Below are positions 26,199 through 36,210 of a stretch of DNA of 64,000 nucleotides, piece by piece. The first letter of the stretch is position 1, and every line of letters starts with the position of its first letter. The notes under the pieces were generated by a model that was not told the DNA's origin, did not search any database, and was given only the letters and a program-made list of their open reading frames with translations. The DNA is from Methanobacteriota archaeon. Lineage in GTDB: Archaea; Thermoplasmatota; Poseidoniia; Poseidoniales; Poseidoniaceae. The DNA is taken from assembly GCA_018662825.1 (NCBI GenBank), contig JABJFI010000039.1:13643-77642 (forward strand), in the 5' to 3' direction. A program made the position numbers and the translations under genes.

Positions 26199-28742
26199 TC
26201 ATTCTAATTTTGAGGCAAAGTAACGTGCATAGAGTAATGCGCCAATCTCTGGATTTCCTTGACGAAGTACATCAAGGCCCATATGAGGCCAAGATTCTAC
26301 AGAGCGTGCTAACCAACCAACGAGTGGATGAGTACGACCATAGTGGACAGGTTCTTGACGTTCGTATGTGGCTAGCATATCATACACATCTAGTAGTGCA
26401 GATTTCCCTTCATTCTCTTCAATTAACAGAATATGAAGCACATCATCGAGTCCAACTCGTCCTGAAGGATATGGTATTGGCCATGCAGGCAATCCACCAC
26501 GCTCTCCAGCAGGTCGTGTTAGTAGAGCAGGCCATGGGAACGGTGTTTTTGCCAACCACCGTCGCCCTGATGTAGATGAAAGCTGAACTTGTAACCAATC
26601 ACCAGCCCATGTCCTCCACCATGTTGATGGTAGTTTTGACATGATTTGACGAAGGAATTCAGGAGAAATCGGTTCATTTGATTCCATATTCTCAAGTAAA
26701 CTTCCCCAAAGATAGAGTACAGAACCCTTTGGATGAATTTTTGCTGCTGCTTTGCATTTGATGAGACATTCTTCAACATGAGTTGAGAGGGGATTTCCAA
26801 GCGGAAACAAGGATTCCAATACCCGTTCAGGCTGGTGTGGGGCATCGACCCAAAGGGTGCATGCCTGTTCAAGAAGTTGATGAAATTCTTCAGGTAATTG
26901 TTCGGTGGAAAGCAAAACCGCTGTAGCCATCCAAGGGCCGAGTACATCGTCTTGAAAGAAATATTCGTATTTTAGTATCGATTCAATATTTTTTGTAAAC
27001 CTTTGGCGTGTTTTTTCCAAAGCCTCCTTACTCCATTGTTCCGAGCCTTTGGGCATTGCACTGATGAGAGTAGCAGTCTCACATAATTCAATGGGCAGCA
27101 AATCAGCCCATCCTTGAGGTAGAATTGCCCGCAATCGGATCCAGCGTGATGTACGATGCTGATTGGGTGTGGCTATCCAAGCAGCCAAAGGATGTTTACT
27201 CTCATTGAGATTCGCCCATTTTTCATCTCCTTCAGGATAATTGGAAAGTGCATACCACATTGCTTTTTGTTCAACAGTGTTGGTTTCAATTCCTGTAAAT
27301 ATGTCTCTCCTCAACTCATCGCTGTTTCCCCAAGCCTCTAACAGTTCACTAGCATTGAGAGGTACTTCCTCATGTGAGTTCTGCTGTGAAAATACAGGGT
27401 TTGATTGGAGCAAACTGATAGGCAAACTTTTGTCTCTACTGATGATTATCGCTGCCTTCATCAATGTTTTTCGAGTTTGAAGAACCGATGTAGCAGATTC
27501 AAGTGTTCGGTAATTGCCGTTTGAGGTGATTAGTATTCGACAGCGGCCGGATGACAGTATTCGCTCTAACATCCGCCGATTCTCTTCAATGGGATACGGC
27601 CATTCCACTACACACTCTTGGGTCGAGTTGTGGAGGAACCATTCCAGTAGGGCCAGTGCGCCTGCATTCGACACACCTGAGAAATTGATAGTCGTGATAA
27701 TATCTCTGCTTTTCCATTCAACAACTCCAAAATCAGCGAGTAGTTGTCGTTGAAGGGCAATCGGAGGTGCACCTCCTTCGGGGGTGAGAAGTTCAACTCG
27801 CAATTCCTCATATTTTTGGAGCAGTTTTTCTGCACTTAATCGTGGATGTCGATTTCTTAGCCAAGGGTGAAGGGCTTCGTGGGGCAAAAAACGAGAAGTC
27901 TGTTGTTGGGGCTGTTCTTCAAACACAAAAGCGTTTTTCCGCAATGCATTAAGCGCCATTACCCGATTAACAGATAGTGTAAGGTGTGCATGAACACCAA
28001 GTTTAGGAGATAGTGAGATTCCAGTGCCAGTCACAGTCCCGAGTATGTTTTCCCCTTGTACCAAGGTGTTGGGTAATGGGGAATGGTTTTCAGTTTCAAT
28101 GTACCATGTCCCAGGACTCAGTGGCCACTCGTGGCTCGAATCGAGTAAGGTTGCATGAACAATTCCAATCCTATCAACCTCCTCAGTCCATTCTCCAAGT
28201 GTGCCTCGGAGATTTTGTGGAGCGGGTGCATCAGACGGCTCTAATTTTGAAAGTGTGTACCATCGAATATTTTCATCACGTTGAACTGCCCAGCGCCCCC
28301 CCTTACTTCCATTGGAGAATGGGGCGGTCTTTTTTTCGTCTGAAATCCCTTGATTTGGTAACGGGAGCAGTCGTGACCGAGGCGGTTTCACATAACCAAG
28401 TAAGAGATGAGGTCCATCTTGACCCAGGACGATGGCTTCAGCCTGTGACGGGATGTCATTGACAAATGTACGAATCCTTGCTACAGCATCTGACGCTAAA
28501 CGTCTTCGCCCTATGTCGTTGAGGCGATGAATTGCACCCCGAATACTCCCTTGTTCTTCTCGACTGACTTCTCCACGCTCTCGAAGTTGTCGCAGTGCCA
28601 ATGAAGCGTGAGGCATTCGCAACTGCAATGATTCGGCAATCTCGGAAACCGTGCCACCACCATCCATAAGCCAATTGAGGACGCGACGTTGATGGCCACT
28701 TCTAATCCTCTCGCCTGACATCAAAAGACACCTTGTTTGCAT
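26199..28742 (-). CDS. Large (847 aa) protein with N-terminal ArsR/MarR-like winged-helix domain; remainder unknown
   Basis: The N-terminus HQRRVLNWLMDGGGTVSEIAESLQLRMPHASLALRQLRERGEV is a classic wHTH. The remaining ~750 aa are Trp-rich with no motif I recognise. Confidence 0.6.
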   Translation of the reverse strand: MQTRCLLMSGERIRSGHQRRVLNWLMDGGGTVSEIAESLQLRMPHASLALRQLRERGEVSREEQGSIRGAIHRLNDIGRRRLASDAVARIRTFVNDIPSQAEAIVLGQDGPHLLLGYVKPPRSRLLPLPNQGISDEKKTAPFSNGSKGGRWAVQRDENIRWYTLSKLEPSDAPAPQNLRGTLGEWTEEVDRIGIVHATLLDSSHEWPLSPGTWYIETENHSPLPNTLVQGENILGTVTGTGISLSPKLGVHAHLTLSVNRVMALNALRKNAFVFEEQPQQQTSRFLPHEALHPWLRNRHPRLSAEKLLQKYEELRVELLTPEGGAPPIALQRQLLADFGVVEWKSRDIITTINFSGVSNAGALALLEWFLHNSTQECVVEWPYPIEENRRMLERILSSGRCRILITSNGNYRTLESATSVLQTRKTLMKAAIIISRDKSLPISLLQSNPVFSQQNSHEEVPLNASELLEAWGNSDELRRDIFTGIETNTVEQKAMWYALSNYPEGDEKWANLNESKHPLAAWIATPNQHRTSRWIRLRAILPQGWADLLPIELCETATLISAMPKGSEQWSKEALEKTRQRFTKNIESILKYEYFFQDDVLGPWMATAVLLSTEQLPEEFHQLLEQACTLWVDAPHQPERVLESLFPLGNPLSTHVEECLIKCKAAAKIHPKGSVLYLWGSLLENMESNEPISPEFLRQIMSKLPSTWWRTWAGDWLQVQLSSTSGRRWLAKTPFPWPALLTRPAGERGGLPAWPIPYPSGRVGLDDVLHILLIEENEGKSALLDVYDMLATYERQEPVHYGRTHPLVGWLARSVESWPHMGLDVLRQGNPEIGALLYARYFASKLE

Positions 28743-28765
28743 GTAAGAGCCTCTTGTTGATAAAA

Positions 28766-28889
28766 GTTACACTTCATTATGCTTAATAGTTACAATTAGT
28801 TACACATTTCCACTGGAGAATGTATCTTTTTACTTACATTCATTAATCAAGTGTGAAAAATACACCTCTTATTGCATAGCAAATGTAAC
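28766..28889. repeat. GTTACA repeats plus an exact ORB-core-like CTCCAGTGGAAA in an AT-rich divergent spacer
   Basis: GTTACA occurs at 28766-28771, 28789-28794 and 28799-28804, with an inverted TGTAAC at 28884-28889. TTTCCACTGGAG at 28807-28818 is the reverse complement of CTCCAGTGGAAA. Confidence 0.55.
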
Positions 28890-28994
28890 TATCAAGTAAT
28901 TTCTATGGCAAGGGTTATATGAGCACCCTCGGTCATCTGTCTCAGTGGCCCCACGCCCTTATGGGAAACGGCCTCATGACAGGAGAAATAATAC

Positions 28995-29324
28995 ATGAAA
29001 ACAACCAGAATCAGAGAGAAAATAAAGAAATTCTTAGGAGATCGACCACGTAACACTGCCGAGATTCTGGAACATATCAACAGTACCATGCGGCATGGCA
29101 CTACAAGCCAACAACTCGGTAACGTCCTTTCAAAGGACAAAGACATTGTCAAAGTTGGCTACATCAAGCGCTCTGGGATTCTTTCAGGCGGCTATGATAT
29201 TTGCGAATGGGCTACCCGCAACTGGGTTTCTTCAAACTGCCCAGGATGGCAAGAAGGAACACCGATCATCATCGATAATGACGGTAATGTCACCACTGGT
29301 GCTAGAACTGGTCGAAGTCTTTGA
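28995..29324 (+). CDS. Small putative winged-helix DNA-binding protein
   Basis: 109 aa, with an AGGAGA Shine-Dalgarno 7 nt upstream. The segment RPRNTAEILEHINSTMRHGTTSQQLGNVLSKDKDIVKVGY looks wHTH-like. Confidence 0.45.
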   Translation: MKTTRIREKIKKFLGDRPRNTAEILEHINSTMRHGTTSQQLGNVLSKDKDIVKVGYIKRSGILSGGYDICEWATRNWVSSNCPGWQEGTPIIIDNDGNVTTGARTGRSL

Positions 29325-29406
29325 ACATCTCAACACTTCAACACCCTTGACAAAGGGCATCTCGACTTAACGGGAGATTCAATAAGGGGAATCATTTGGC
29401 CTCGCC

Positions 29407-30681
29407 ATGGATAACTTGGATAAGACTGAGAACTATACCGTCCGCGACATGAGTTTGGCTGAACAAGGTGCTCTTCGAGTTGATTGGGCAAGAGCTAGAA
29501 TGCCAGTAATGGCCAAACTCAAAGAAGAAGCTGAACGTACGAAACCTCTTGCAGGAATGCGTGTCGCCGGTTGTCTACACGTGACCAAAGAAACCGCTGT
29601 TTTGATTGAAACCATTGGTGCCGCTGGCGCTGAAATTTCATGGTCTGGTTGCAATCCTCTTTCAACTCAAGACGAAGTCGCCGCTTGGCTTGCTGCTGAA
29701 GGATACTCCGTCCACGCTTGGCACGGGCAATCGAATGATGACTTCTATTGGTGCATTGACCGAACTCTCGAATTCAAGCCAACTCTCACACTTGACGATG
29801 GGGCAGACCTCATTGTTCGTGTTCACGGCGAAAAATCAGAATACGCTGCAGGCGTAATCGGTGGAACCGAAGAAACCACAACAGGCGTACACAGACTTCG
29901 TGCAATGGCTGCTGCAGGCGACCTTCGTTACCCTGTTCTCGCAGTTAATGACGCAGTTACCAAGTGGGATTTCGATAACGTCTATGGAACAGGCCAATCT
30001 ACGCTCGATGGAATAGTTCGTGCAACATCTGTATTGATTGCCGGTAAGACATTCGTCGTTGCTGGTTTCGGGCATTGTGGTAGTGGACTTGCAATGCGTG
30101 CTCGAGGTATGGGCGCTAACGTGGTTATAACTGAAGTTGACCCGCTTCCGGCACTCCGTGCTGTGATGGAAGGATTCCGAGTTATGCCAATGGAAGAAGC
30201 CGCAAAGATTGGAGATATTTTCTGCACTGCAACAGGAATGGAGGATGTCATCTTTGGTGCACACTTTGATTCAATGAAGGACGGGGCAATAATTTCTAAC
30301 ACAGGGCACTATGATTGTGAAATCAAAATTACTGACCTTGAAGAACGTGCAACATCTGTTCGAACAATTCGCCCGAACAATGAGGAATTCCTCATGCCTG
30401 ATGGTCGTCGTATTTTCTTGCTTGCACGTGGCCGCTTGGTTAATCTTGCAGCAGCAGAAGGCCATCCATCCGAAGTAATGGATATGTCCTTCGCAAATCA
30501 ATTCCTTTCACTTTGCCGATTGGCAGAGGAAGGAGCCTCAATGGGCAAACAAGTGTATGATATCACAACCGAACAAGACCAAGATTTGGCAAAAACCAAA
30601 CTGGAAACACTTGGCTTCGGTATTGATGTATTGACGGATGCTCAATTGGCATACCTTGATGATTACACCGTTGGAACGTGA
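29407..30681 (+). CDS. ahcY: S-adenosyl-L-homocysteine hydrolase
   Basis: Shows strong family similarity throughout (GCNPLSTQD, HLTKETAVLIETL-like, NAD-binding VVAGFGHCG). Confidence 0.95.
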   Translation: MDNLDKTENYTVRDMSLAEQGALRVDWARARMPVMAKLKEEAERTKPLAGMRVAGCLHVTKETAVLIETIGAAGAEISWSGCNPLSTQDEVAAWLAAEGYSVHAWHGQSNDDFYWCIDRTLEFKPTLTLDDGADLIVRVHGEKSEYAAGVIGGTEETTTGVHRLRAMAAAGDLRYPVLAVNDAVTKWDFDNVYGTGQSTLDGIVRATSVLIAGKTFVVAGFGHCGSGLAMRARGMGANVVITEVDPLPALRAVMEGFRVMPMEEAAKIGDIFCTATGMEDVIFGAHFDSMKDGAIISNTGHYDCEIKITDLEERATSVRTIRPNNEEFLMPDGRRIFLLARGRLVNLAAAEGHPSEVMDMSFANQFLSLCRLAEEGASMGKQVYDITTEQDQDLAKTKLETLGFGIDVLTDAQLAYLDDYTVGT

Positions 30682-30724
30682 GTGAGAGAATTTATCCAGC
30701 GTTCAACGCTGTTCACATACTCAC
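30678..30724. terminator. Nested inverted repeats between convergent ahcY and the aldolase gene
   Basis: The inner repeat is CAGCGTT-C-AACGCTG (30697-30711). The outer repeat is GTGAGT (30678-30683) / ACTCAC (30719-30724). Archaeal terminators are usually oligo-T, so a terminator function is uncertain. Confidence 0.25.
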
Positions 30725-30729
30725 CGAGT

Positions 30730-31752
30730 TTATGCTGTGCCGTTGAAGATAGCCAAGGCTTGTTCAACTGAAGCACCTTCACAGATAATAGCGTGGCAAG
30801 CCGCAGTCATACGAACAGCAGCTTCGGTTTCTCGTTGGTGAATATTTCGTCCAGTTGCAGCACCCATGCAATTTCCAACAGATATTTGGTCGTGAAGACG
30901 TTGTAAGAATGCATCAGCAGGAAGTGAGCCACCACCAGAGCAAATGATTCCACATCGGCCAGCAGCTTGGGCTGCGACAGCGAGTGATTCTGGTTGGGTC
31001 ATTCCCGTAAATGCAGCAGGATAGTTCACCTTGGCAAAGTCTGCACCAATACATGCAGCAACACCAGCAGCACCAGAGATGAGTTGAGGGTCTTTTTCAT
31101 CAGCAACAGCCTTGCCACGAGGATACATCCACACAACAGCAATCATTCCAAGTTCGTGTGCTTGTCGGATGAATTGAGCCGCTTCAGATAGCATTTCGTG
31201 TTCGAACTCGCTACCAATGTATATGGTGTAACCAATCCCGACAATGTTAATTCCGTTATGAGTCAATGCCATGACATCATCCATATCCCACATTGCTTGA
31301 GAAATAGGGTCTCTTTGACTTGTTTTCACCATGTGAGATTTTGAGTTTAATTTGACCAAATAAGGCAGGTCGGGATAATCTCGAGCATAGTGGGAGATAA
31401 GACCTAGTTGTCCCGCTAGAACACCGATAGTTCCAGCATCATGGCACCGTTGCCCGATCTCAAAAAGGTGGGCAGGGTCGTTTGATGTTGCAGGAATCTT
31501 CTTTTCACCATCGTAAAAATCATCATTCAAGTGTTCGATTTTTTGGTCACAGGCAAAAAGGTTCATTTTACCAGTACCCGCAGTTGCTGCATCCATATTC
31601 TGAACATAGGTGTCAATCAAATCATTGGGGACATCTGCTGGGACATTGTACTTCGACATCATATCACCTGTAATTTGGGCGAAACGCGCCGAGGACTTCA
31701 AGACTACGGCTTTCGACTCTGTTGATTTTTTCCCTTTTGAAGCGTGTTTCAA
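30730..31752 (-). CDS. DhnA-type class I aldolase (archaeal fructose-bisphosphate aldolase / ADH synthase family)
   Basis: The length and segments (LVKLNSKSH, GADFAKVNYP, IICSGGG) are typical of the FbaB/DhnA family. The exact substrate was not resolved. Confidence 0.65.
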   Translation of the reverse strand: MKHASKGKKSTESKAVVLKSSARFAQITGDMMSKYNVPADVPNDLIDTYVQNMDAATAGTGKMNLFACDQKIEHLNDDFYDGEKKIPATSNDPAHLFEIGQRCHDAGTIGVLAGQLGLISHYARDYPDLPYLVKLNSKSHMVKTSQRDPISQAMWDMDDVMALTHNGINIVGIGYTIYIGSEFEHEMLSEAAQFIRQAHELGMIAVVWMYPRGKAVADEKDPQLISGAAGVAACIGADFAKVNYPAAFTGMTQPESLAVAAQAAGRCGIICSGGGSLPADAFLQRLHDQISVGNCMGAATGRNIHQRETEAAVRMTAACHAIICEGASVEQALAIFNGTA

Positions 31753-31787
31753 TATTCTTTAAGCGGTGAGCGCAACGATTTGTGTGT

Positions 31788-32858
31788 TCAATAGTCGTCA
31801 TCTTCTACAAATTGAATCAACAAATCAAACAATCCTTGGTCGGCGAATTTTTCGAATTCCGAGATGATTTTAAACGAAAGAATAATTAGTCCAATCGGAG
31901 ATATTGTTCCCCAAATAGGAATCCATGCATACCAAGGTAAGGCTGAGTAGGTGAGCCATAATGGGAGGGCGAAGAGAAGTGTTACAACACCAAAAACCAC
32001 AGATACCATGATGAGAAACACTCGTGCCATTCTTACTTTTTGTGGCAAATTGAATTTGTTAATGGAACTGTGTTGTTCAACCATTTCATTGACACCATTT
32101 AACCATTCTATATCGATGCGCTCCTCAAAGCTGCTTGCTTGTTCTTCTTTTTCCTTGCAGGCATTGAAAAAAGCATCAATTTGTTTTTCAGTACAACTAT
32201 ACGATTCGAGTTTTTTCTCAAGTGCTTCAACGGTTGGGTGTTGGTATTCACGGACACCCCAAACGGTTTTTGTATATGCAAATGTGATTTCATCACTTGA
32301 TTGGGGCAGTTTTTCTTTCTCTTCTTGGGTTAATTCTTTGACTCCATTTGAACTGCTAAATGCACCTTTTATTGCGCCTAATACGAACAAAGCCGCAAGG
32401 ACTGATGTAGACATGAAGACCAAAAGCGGGGGTAAAAAGGGTAGATAGTTTCCTGGGTCTACATCGATTTCATTTGGATTGTCAGAATTATAGGCAATAT
32501 CCATAGTTGAATTAACGGGATGGTCTATTTTCCAAACTTGAGATTCAAAATAAGAAATTTCGTCCGAGTCCCTTATATTATAAATTGTATTATTTACCTC
32601 GAACCGAAGTTGGTAAGAAATTGTATATTGGGTACAGGTTGAAGTAGTATCTTCACTACTGCAATCATACTCATAAGACCCAAGTTCCAAATTAATAACC
32701 GTTGCATTTGTTATCTCCCAAGCCGCAGCATCTCGTTCCAGTTGAAAGTCATCCCAAACCACAGCAGGCCAAATGCACCCCAGTGAAAACAGAATCATTC
32801 CGGCGACCAGTAAACCAGCCGGGTGAGACGACTGTTTTCCACCAAGTGTTACTTCCAT
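31788..32858 (-). CDS. Membrane protein with DUF3592-like N-terminal module; function unknown
   Basis: The layout is TM, beta-rich ectodomain, TM, a cytoplasmic acidic linker, then two C-terminal TMs. Confidence 0.45.
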   Translation of the reverse strand: MEVTLGGKQSSHPAGLLVAGMILFSLGCIWPAVVWDDFQLERDAAAWEITNATVINLELGSYEYDCSSEDTTSTCTQYTISYQLRFEVNNTIYNIRDSDEISYFESQVWKIDHPVNSTMDIAYNSDNPNEIDVDPGNYLPFLPPLLVFMSTSVLAALFVLGAIKGAFSSSNGVKELTQEEKEKLPQSSDEITFAYTKTVWGVREYQHPTVEALEKKLESYSCTEKQIDAFFNACKEKEEQASSFEERIDIEWLNGVNEMVEQHSSINKFNLPQKVRMARVFLIMVSVVFGVVTLLFALPLWLTYSALPWYAWIPIWGTISPIGLIILSFKIISEFEKFADQGLFDLLIQFVEDDDY

Positions 32859-32930
32859 AATCGATGTCCAGAACTTCTACTACTTGACGGTAGTTTAGGA
32901 ATAGAGGTATTTCTCTCGTATTACTGATGT

Positions 32931-33566
32931 TCAGCGTTTTGTCAACATAAATACTGAGAGACTGCATCGACTCAATTCTCTGTCTTCTTCTTCAGTGAGG
33001 TCAGTGAATTGTAAACGTTCAATTTCAAAAGAGGGTCCAAAGAAGTGTTCAACATCATGGTCGGAAAGAGCAAAAGGTGGCCCTTTCATCTCCTCTTTTG
33101 GATAGTCAAAAGTGACCATCAAACCCTTTGCATCTGCAGTTGTGAGTGCGAGTAATTGCTCGACATAGAGCGTTCGCAGTGATGGTGGAAGAGCAACCAA
33201 AGCCGCTCGGTCATACCAAGCAGAGAAAGGGGCATCATCTGGCTCAATTTTAAAGAAATCAGCTTGATAGATGTTGATATTTTCAGCCGTGAACTTTTCT
33301 CCGTTATTTACAGATACTTGATTCGGTATTTTCGCCCAATCTTCAAAGAATTGAATGACAGCTTTTTCGACAAATTCAACACCGGATATCCTGTGTCCTT
33401 GTTGAGATAGCCAATGCATGTCAAGCGTCTTGCCGCACAAAGGAACTAACACATGGCTCGATGTATCCAGTTGAAGTTTAGACCAATGTTCAGTCAATGC
33501 AGGGTTCGCCAAAGAGCGATGAAAACCGATACGGTTCTCATCCCATCGTTGATGCCATATCGACAT
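32931..33566 (-). CDS. Thiopurine/thiol S-methyltransferase (TPMT) family methyltransferase
   Basis: WHQRWDENRIGFH and LVPLCGKTLDMHWLSQQGHRISGVEF are TPMT-family hallmarks. Confidence 0.7.
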   Translation of the reverse strand: MSIWHQRWDENRIGFHRSLANPALTEHWSKLQLDTSSHVLVPLCGKTLDMHWLSQQGHRISGVEFVEKAVIQFFEDWAKIPNQVSVNNGEKFTAENINIYQADFFKIEPDDAPFSAWYDRAALVALPPSLRTLYVEQLLALTTADAKGLMVTFDYPKEEMKGPPFALSDHDVEHFFGPSFEIERLQFTDLTEEEDRELSRCSLSVFMLTKR

Positions 33567-33570
33567 TCAA

Positions 33571-34437
33571 TCACTGGCCAGTAAAGTTCGCAACACGCTT
33601 TTCGACATATGCTGCAATCCCTTCCTTTGCATCACTGCTGTTGAACAGGGATGCTTGTAACTCTCGTTCAAGAGCCAAGTGGTATTCGAATGGAATCTCT
33701 GGTCCAGTTTGGCATGAACGCTTGATGTTTCCAACAGCCTTTACTGCCTTATTTGGTAGTGTGAATTGACTGCACCAGTCGAGAATATCTCGGCGGAAAT
33801 CTTCAGCAGAGCCTTCCCAAATGTGGTTGATGAGGTTGCAACCATGTGCATCCTCAAAGGACATGAGTTCCCCAGTGACCATCATTTCAAGGGCCATTGC
33901 TTTACCAATTAGCCGGGTTAAACGTGCTGTTCCGCCAGTTCCAGCAAGCACACCGAGGTTGATTTCCGGAAGTCCGACTTTACCTGCATTCTTTCGAGCA
34001 ATTCGAATATCTGCGGCCATTGCAATTTCGAGACCGCCGCCAACAGCGTGACCGTTGATTGCACAAACGACTAATTTCGAAGTCTGTTCAAGTCGAGAAA
34101 GAGTTTCATTGGCGTGAAGACAGAAATTGTATTTGAAGCCTGGAGTGACACTGTTTAGCATTTGAATAGATGCACCTGCAGAAAAGAAAGATGCACCATT
34201 TCCGGTCAAAACAATGCATGTAACATCATCATCGAATCGTGCTTTGACAACAGCAGTGTCAATATCGCACATCATTCCATGAGTATAGGTGTTTGGGGAA
34301 CGGTCGTTTGCACCTTCGAGTGGGGCACCAGCTGAGTCCGAAGTTAGTTCGATAACTGCGATACCATTCGTAGTAACGCCGTAGTTTACGAGGCGGTTAG
34401 GCATTGGTTCAAGTTTGAGTCCGTAGAGGTCGCTCAT
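33571..34437 (-). CDS. Enoyl-CoA hydratase/isomerase (crotonase) family protein
   Basis: Shows the crotonase fold (FFSAGASI, INGHAVGGGLEIAMAADIRIA). The start was moved to the Met at 34437 because the longer ORF would overlap the upstream gene by 160 nt. Confidence 0.8.
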   Translation of the reverse strand: MSDLYGLKLEPMPNRLVNYGVTTNGIAVIELTSDSAGAPLEGANDRSPNTYTHGMMCDIDTAVVKARFDDDVTCIVLTGNGASFFSAGASIQMLNSVTPGFKYNFCLHANETLSRLEQTSKLVVCAINGHAVGGGLEIAMAADIRIARKNAGKVGLPEINLGVLAGTGGTARLTRLIGKAMALEMMVTGELMSFEDAHGCNLINHIWEGSAEDFRRDILDWCSQFTLPNKAVKAVGNIKRSCQTGPEIPFEYHLALERELQASLFNSSDAKEGIAAYVEKRVANFTGQ

Positions 34438-34474
34438 ACCCCGACCACAGGTATTCGCATTAAGAACAAATCGC

Positions 34475-35743
34475 CTATGGTACTTGAGAATTATTTTCAG
34501 TTTCGGTGTCTTTGGCGAATGATACCTTACCACCTTTTCTTCTGTATTCGTTCCATTGTTCGCCAACTGCAACCGCTTCAGGTGATTGTTCCCATACATC
34601 ACGCTTGAGTGCTTTACGGAATGGCATTCGTCGAACACCTCGGCCCATCGATTTCGGGTCTTTTGTCAGCATAAATGGATTAACTATTCGATACAAAATA
34701 CTCTTGAAAAGGGACGGGCGGAACAATTTTCCAATCCAAATCAACCCATCACCTCGCTTTTTCTGGTCTTTCATCCATGCATTGCACATTCTCTTGAACA
34801 TTTTATCACCTACGCGATTCATTAGCCAACGGTTAGCAACACTGGTTCGGACATAAGGCATCAAATGCTTTCTAACATCCGCTTCATAGTCGCCTTTTCC
34901 AAGAATATCATTTGCCGCAAGAACGCCCGACCAAACTGCCATACGCATTCCAAAGCCCCACATAAAGTCTTGAAGCCCTCCAGATTCTCCAACGTAATAT
35001 CTTCCGTCTTGTTTGTAGTTACGATTGATGGTGAAATCCCCTTTGCCGCCAACTCGTTTAATCGGTGTGCGATTGAGATTTGGATAGTGCGCTTCATACC
35101 AAGCAATTGTTTCATTGAGGAATCGGTCACTCTTCTTTTGCTTCCGCCATAAACAGGTACAAATCAATCCGATGCCATCAATGATAATTAGATAAGAATA
35201 GGAACCCGGGGCTAATTTATCGTTTAATTGGAACCCAATGTGGTTTGGATGGTCTGTTTTGAAAATCTCGCCATAGGCTACTGCAGAAGTTCCTTTAGGA
35301 CCACAAGCAATAACCATACAGTCCTCTTCTTTGACTCGAGACTTGTAATGGATGTGTGCTCCAGCAGCGAGTGCTTGTCGTTTGAAACCTTGATCTATGG
35401 TATGGTCGGAAGTCCCACGCTCAACAATTCGATAGGCGACACTTGGAGTGGTCGCCTGCGTAATTACATCATCAGGATGGATTAGGTCAACAACATCAAA
35501 TTCTGTAGCTTTGAATTCAGATAAATCAAAACCCCATTCTTTCAATTGGTCAAAAAAATCTACACCCATGCTCCAATTCTCGAGCGCTTGAAAATCACCA
35601 TCAAACCGTGCGCCTGAATCATCACGAATATCATGAACATGGACTTCTTTACCCGCCTTTGCCAACACCGTTGCAGCGGCAAGACCCGAAAGCCCAGCGC
35701 CCATGATGTGGATGGCAGAATCCTCGCCCATGACCTTCCCCAT
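34475..35743 (-). CDS. FAD-dependent oxidoreductase (geranylgeranyl-reductase-like)
   Basis: Has the N-terminal dinucleotide-binding motif IMGAGLSGLAAATVLAKAGKEVHVHD. The basic C-terminal extension is unusual. Confidence 0.6.
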   Translation of the reverse strand: MGKVMGEDSAIHIMGAGLSGLAAATVLAKAGKEVHVHDIRDDSGARFDGDFQALENWSMGVDFFDQLKEWGFDLSEFKATEFDVVDLIHPDDVITQATTPSVAYRIVERGTSDHTIDQGFKRQALAAGAHIHYKSRVKEEDCMVIACGPKGTSAVAYGEIFKTDHPNHIGFQLNDKLAPGSYSYLIIIDGIGLICTCLWRKQKKSDRFLNETIAWYEAHYPNLNRTPIKRVGGKGDFTINRNYKQDGRYYVGESGGLQDFMWGFGMRMAVWSGVLAANDILGKGDYEADVRKHLMPYVRTSVANRWLMNRVGDKMFKRMCNAWMKDQKKRGDGLIWIGKLFRPSLFKSILYRIVNPFMLTKDPKSMGRGVRRMPFRKALKRDVWEQSPEAVAVGEQWNEYRRKGGKVSFAKDTETENNSQVP

Positions 35744-35760
35744 ACAAGCGTGAGGTTTGA

Positions 35761-36210
35761 ATGATGCGTTACCTTCGTGTGACCATGCCGGGGCACATTC
35801 TCATTGAGGAAGCGGTTTCTGTGCTCGATGATGTTGCTTTGAAAGCAAAATTACCGATAGAGGGATGTGGTGCAGTTGTCTCCTTTTTAGGAATCACCCG
35901 TGGCAAAGAGGGCGATGCTGATGTGCTCAGACTCGAATTTGATGCTTGGCAAGAACAACTAGCCACTGTTTTGTATGGATTAGGGGAACAAGCGATTTCT
36001 CAATTTGGTGTTCGAGCAGTTGCTATGGCTCATCGTGTAGGGAGTGTTGGCCCTCAAGAACCGATTGTAGCGATACATGTAGCCAGTTCTCATCGCAAAG
36101 AAGCCTTCCAAGCCTGTGAATGGCTCATCGACGAACTCAAGAAGCAGGCGCCCCTGTGGAAAAAAGAAGTCACCAGTGAAGGCGAGTCTTGGAAAGCCGG
36201 ACTCGGTTAA
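35761..36210 (+). CDS. moaE: Molybdopterin synthase catalytic subunit
   Basis: GAVVSFLGITR and HRVGSVGPQEPIVAIHVASSHRKEAFQACEWLIDELKKQAPLWKKE are typical of MoaE. Confidence 0.8.
   Translation: MMRYLRVTMPGHILIEEAVSVLDDVALKAKLPIEGCGAVVSFLGITRGKEGDADVLRLEFDAWQEQLATVLYGLGEQAISQFGVRAVAMAHRVGSVGPQEPIVAIHVASSHRKEAFQACEWLIDELKKQAPLWKKEVTSEGESWKAGLG

Noticed and set aside
26144-26575. 143-aa plus-strand ORF spanning the ncRNA edge and the 3' end of the 847-aa gene. The 77-aa ORF at 25974-26207 is a similar case.
   Set aside because: Both overlap the structured RNA and a long opposite-strand ORF, and neither has a motif or a plausible start context.
33571-34638. Longest version (355 aa) of the crotonase ORF, starting at 34638.
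   Set aside because: It would overlap the upstream FAD-oxidoreductase gene by about 160 nt and add a non-homologous 67-aa leader. The internal Met at 34437 gives a standard-length crotonase.
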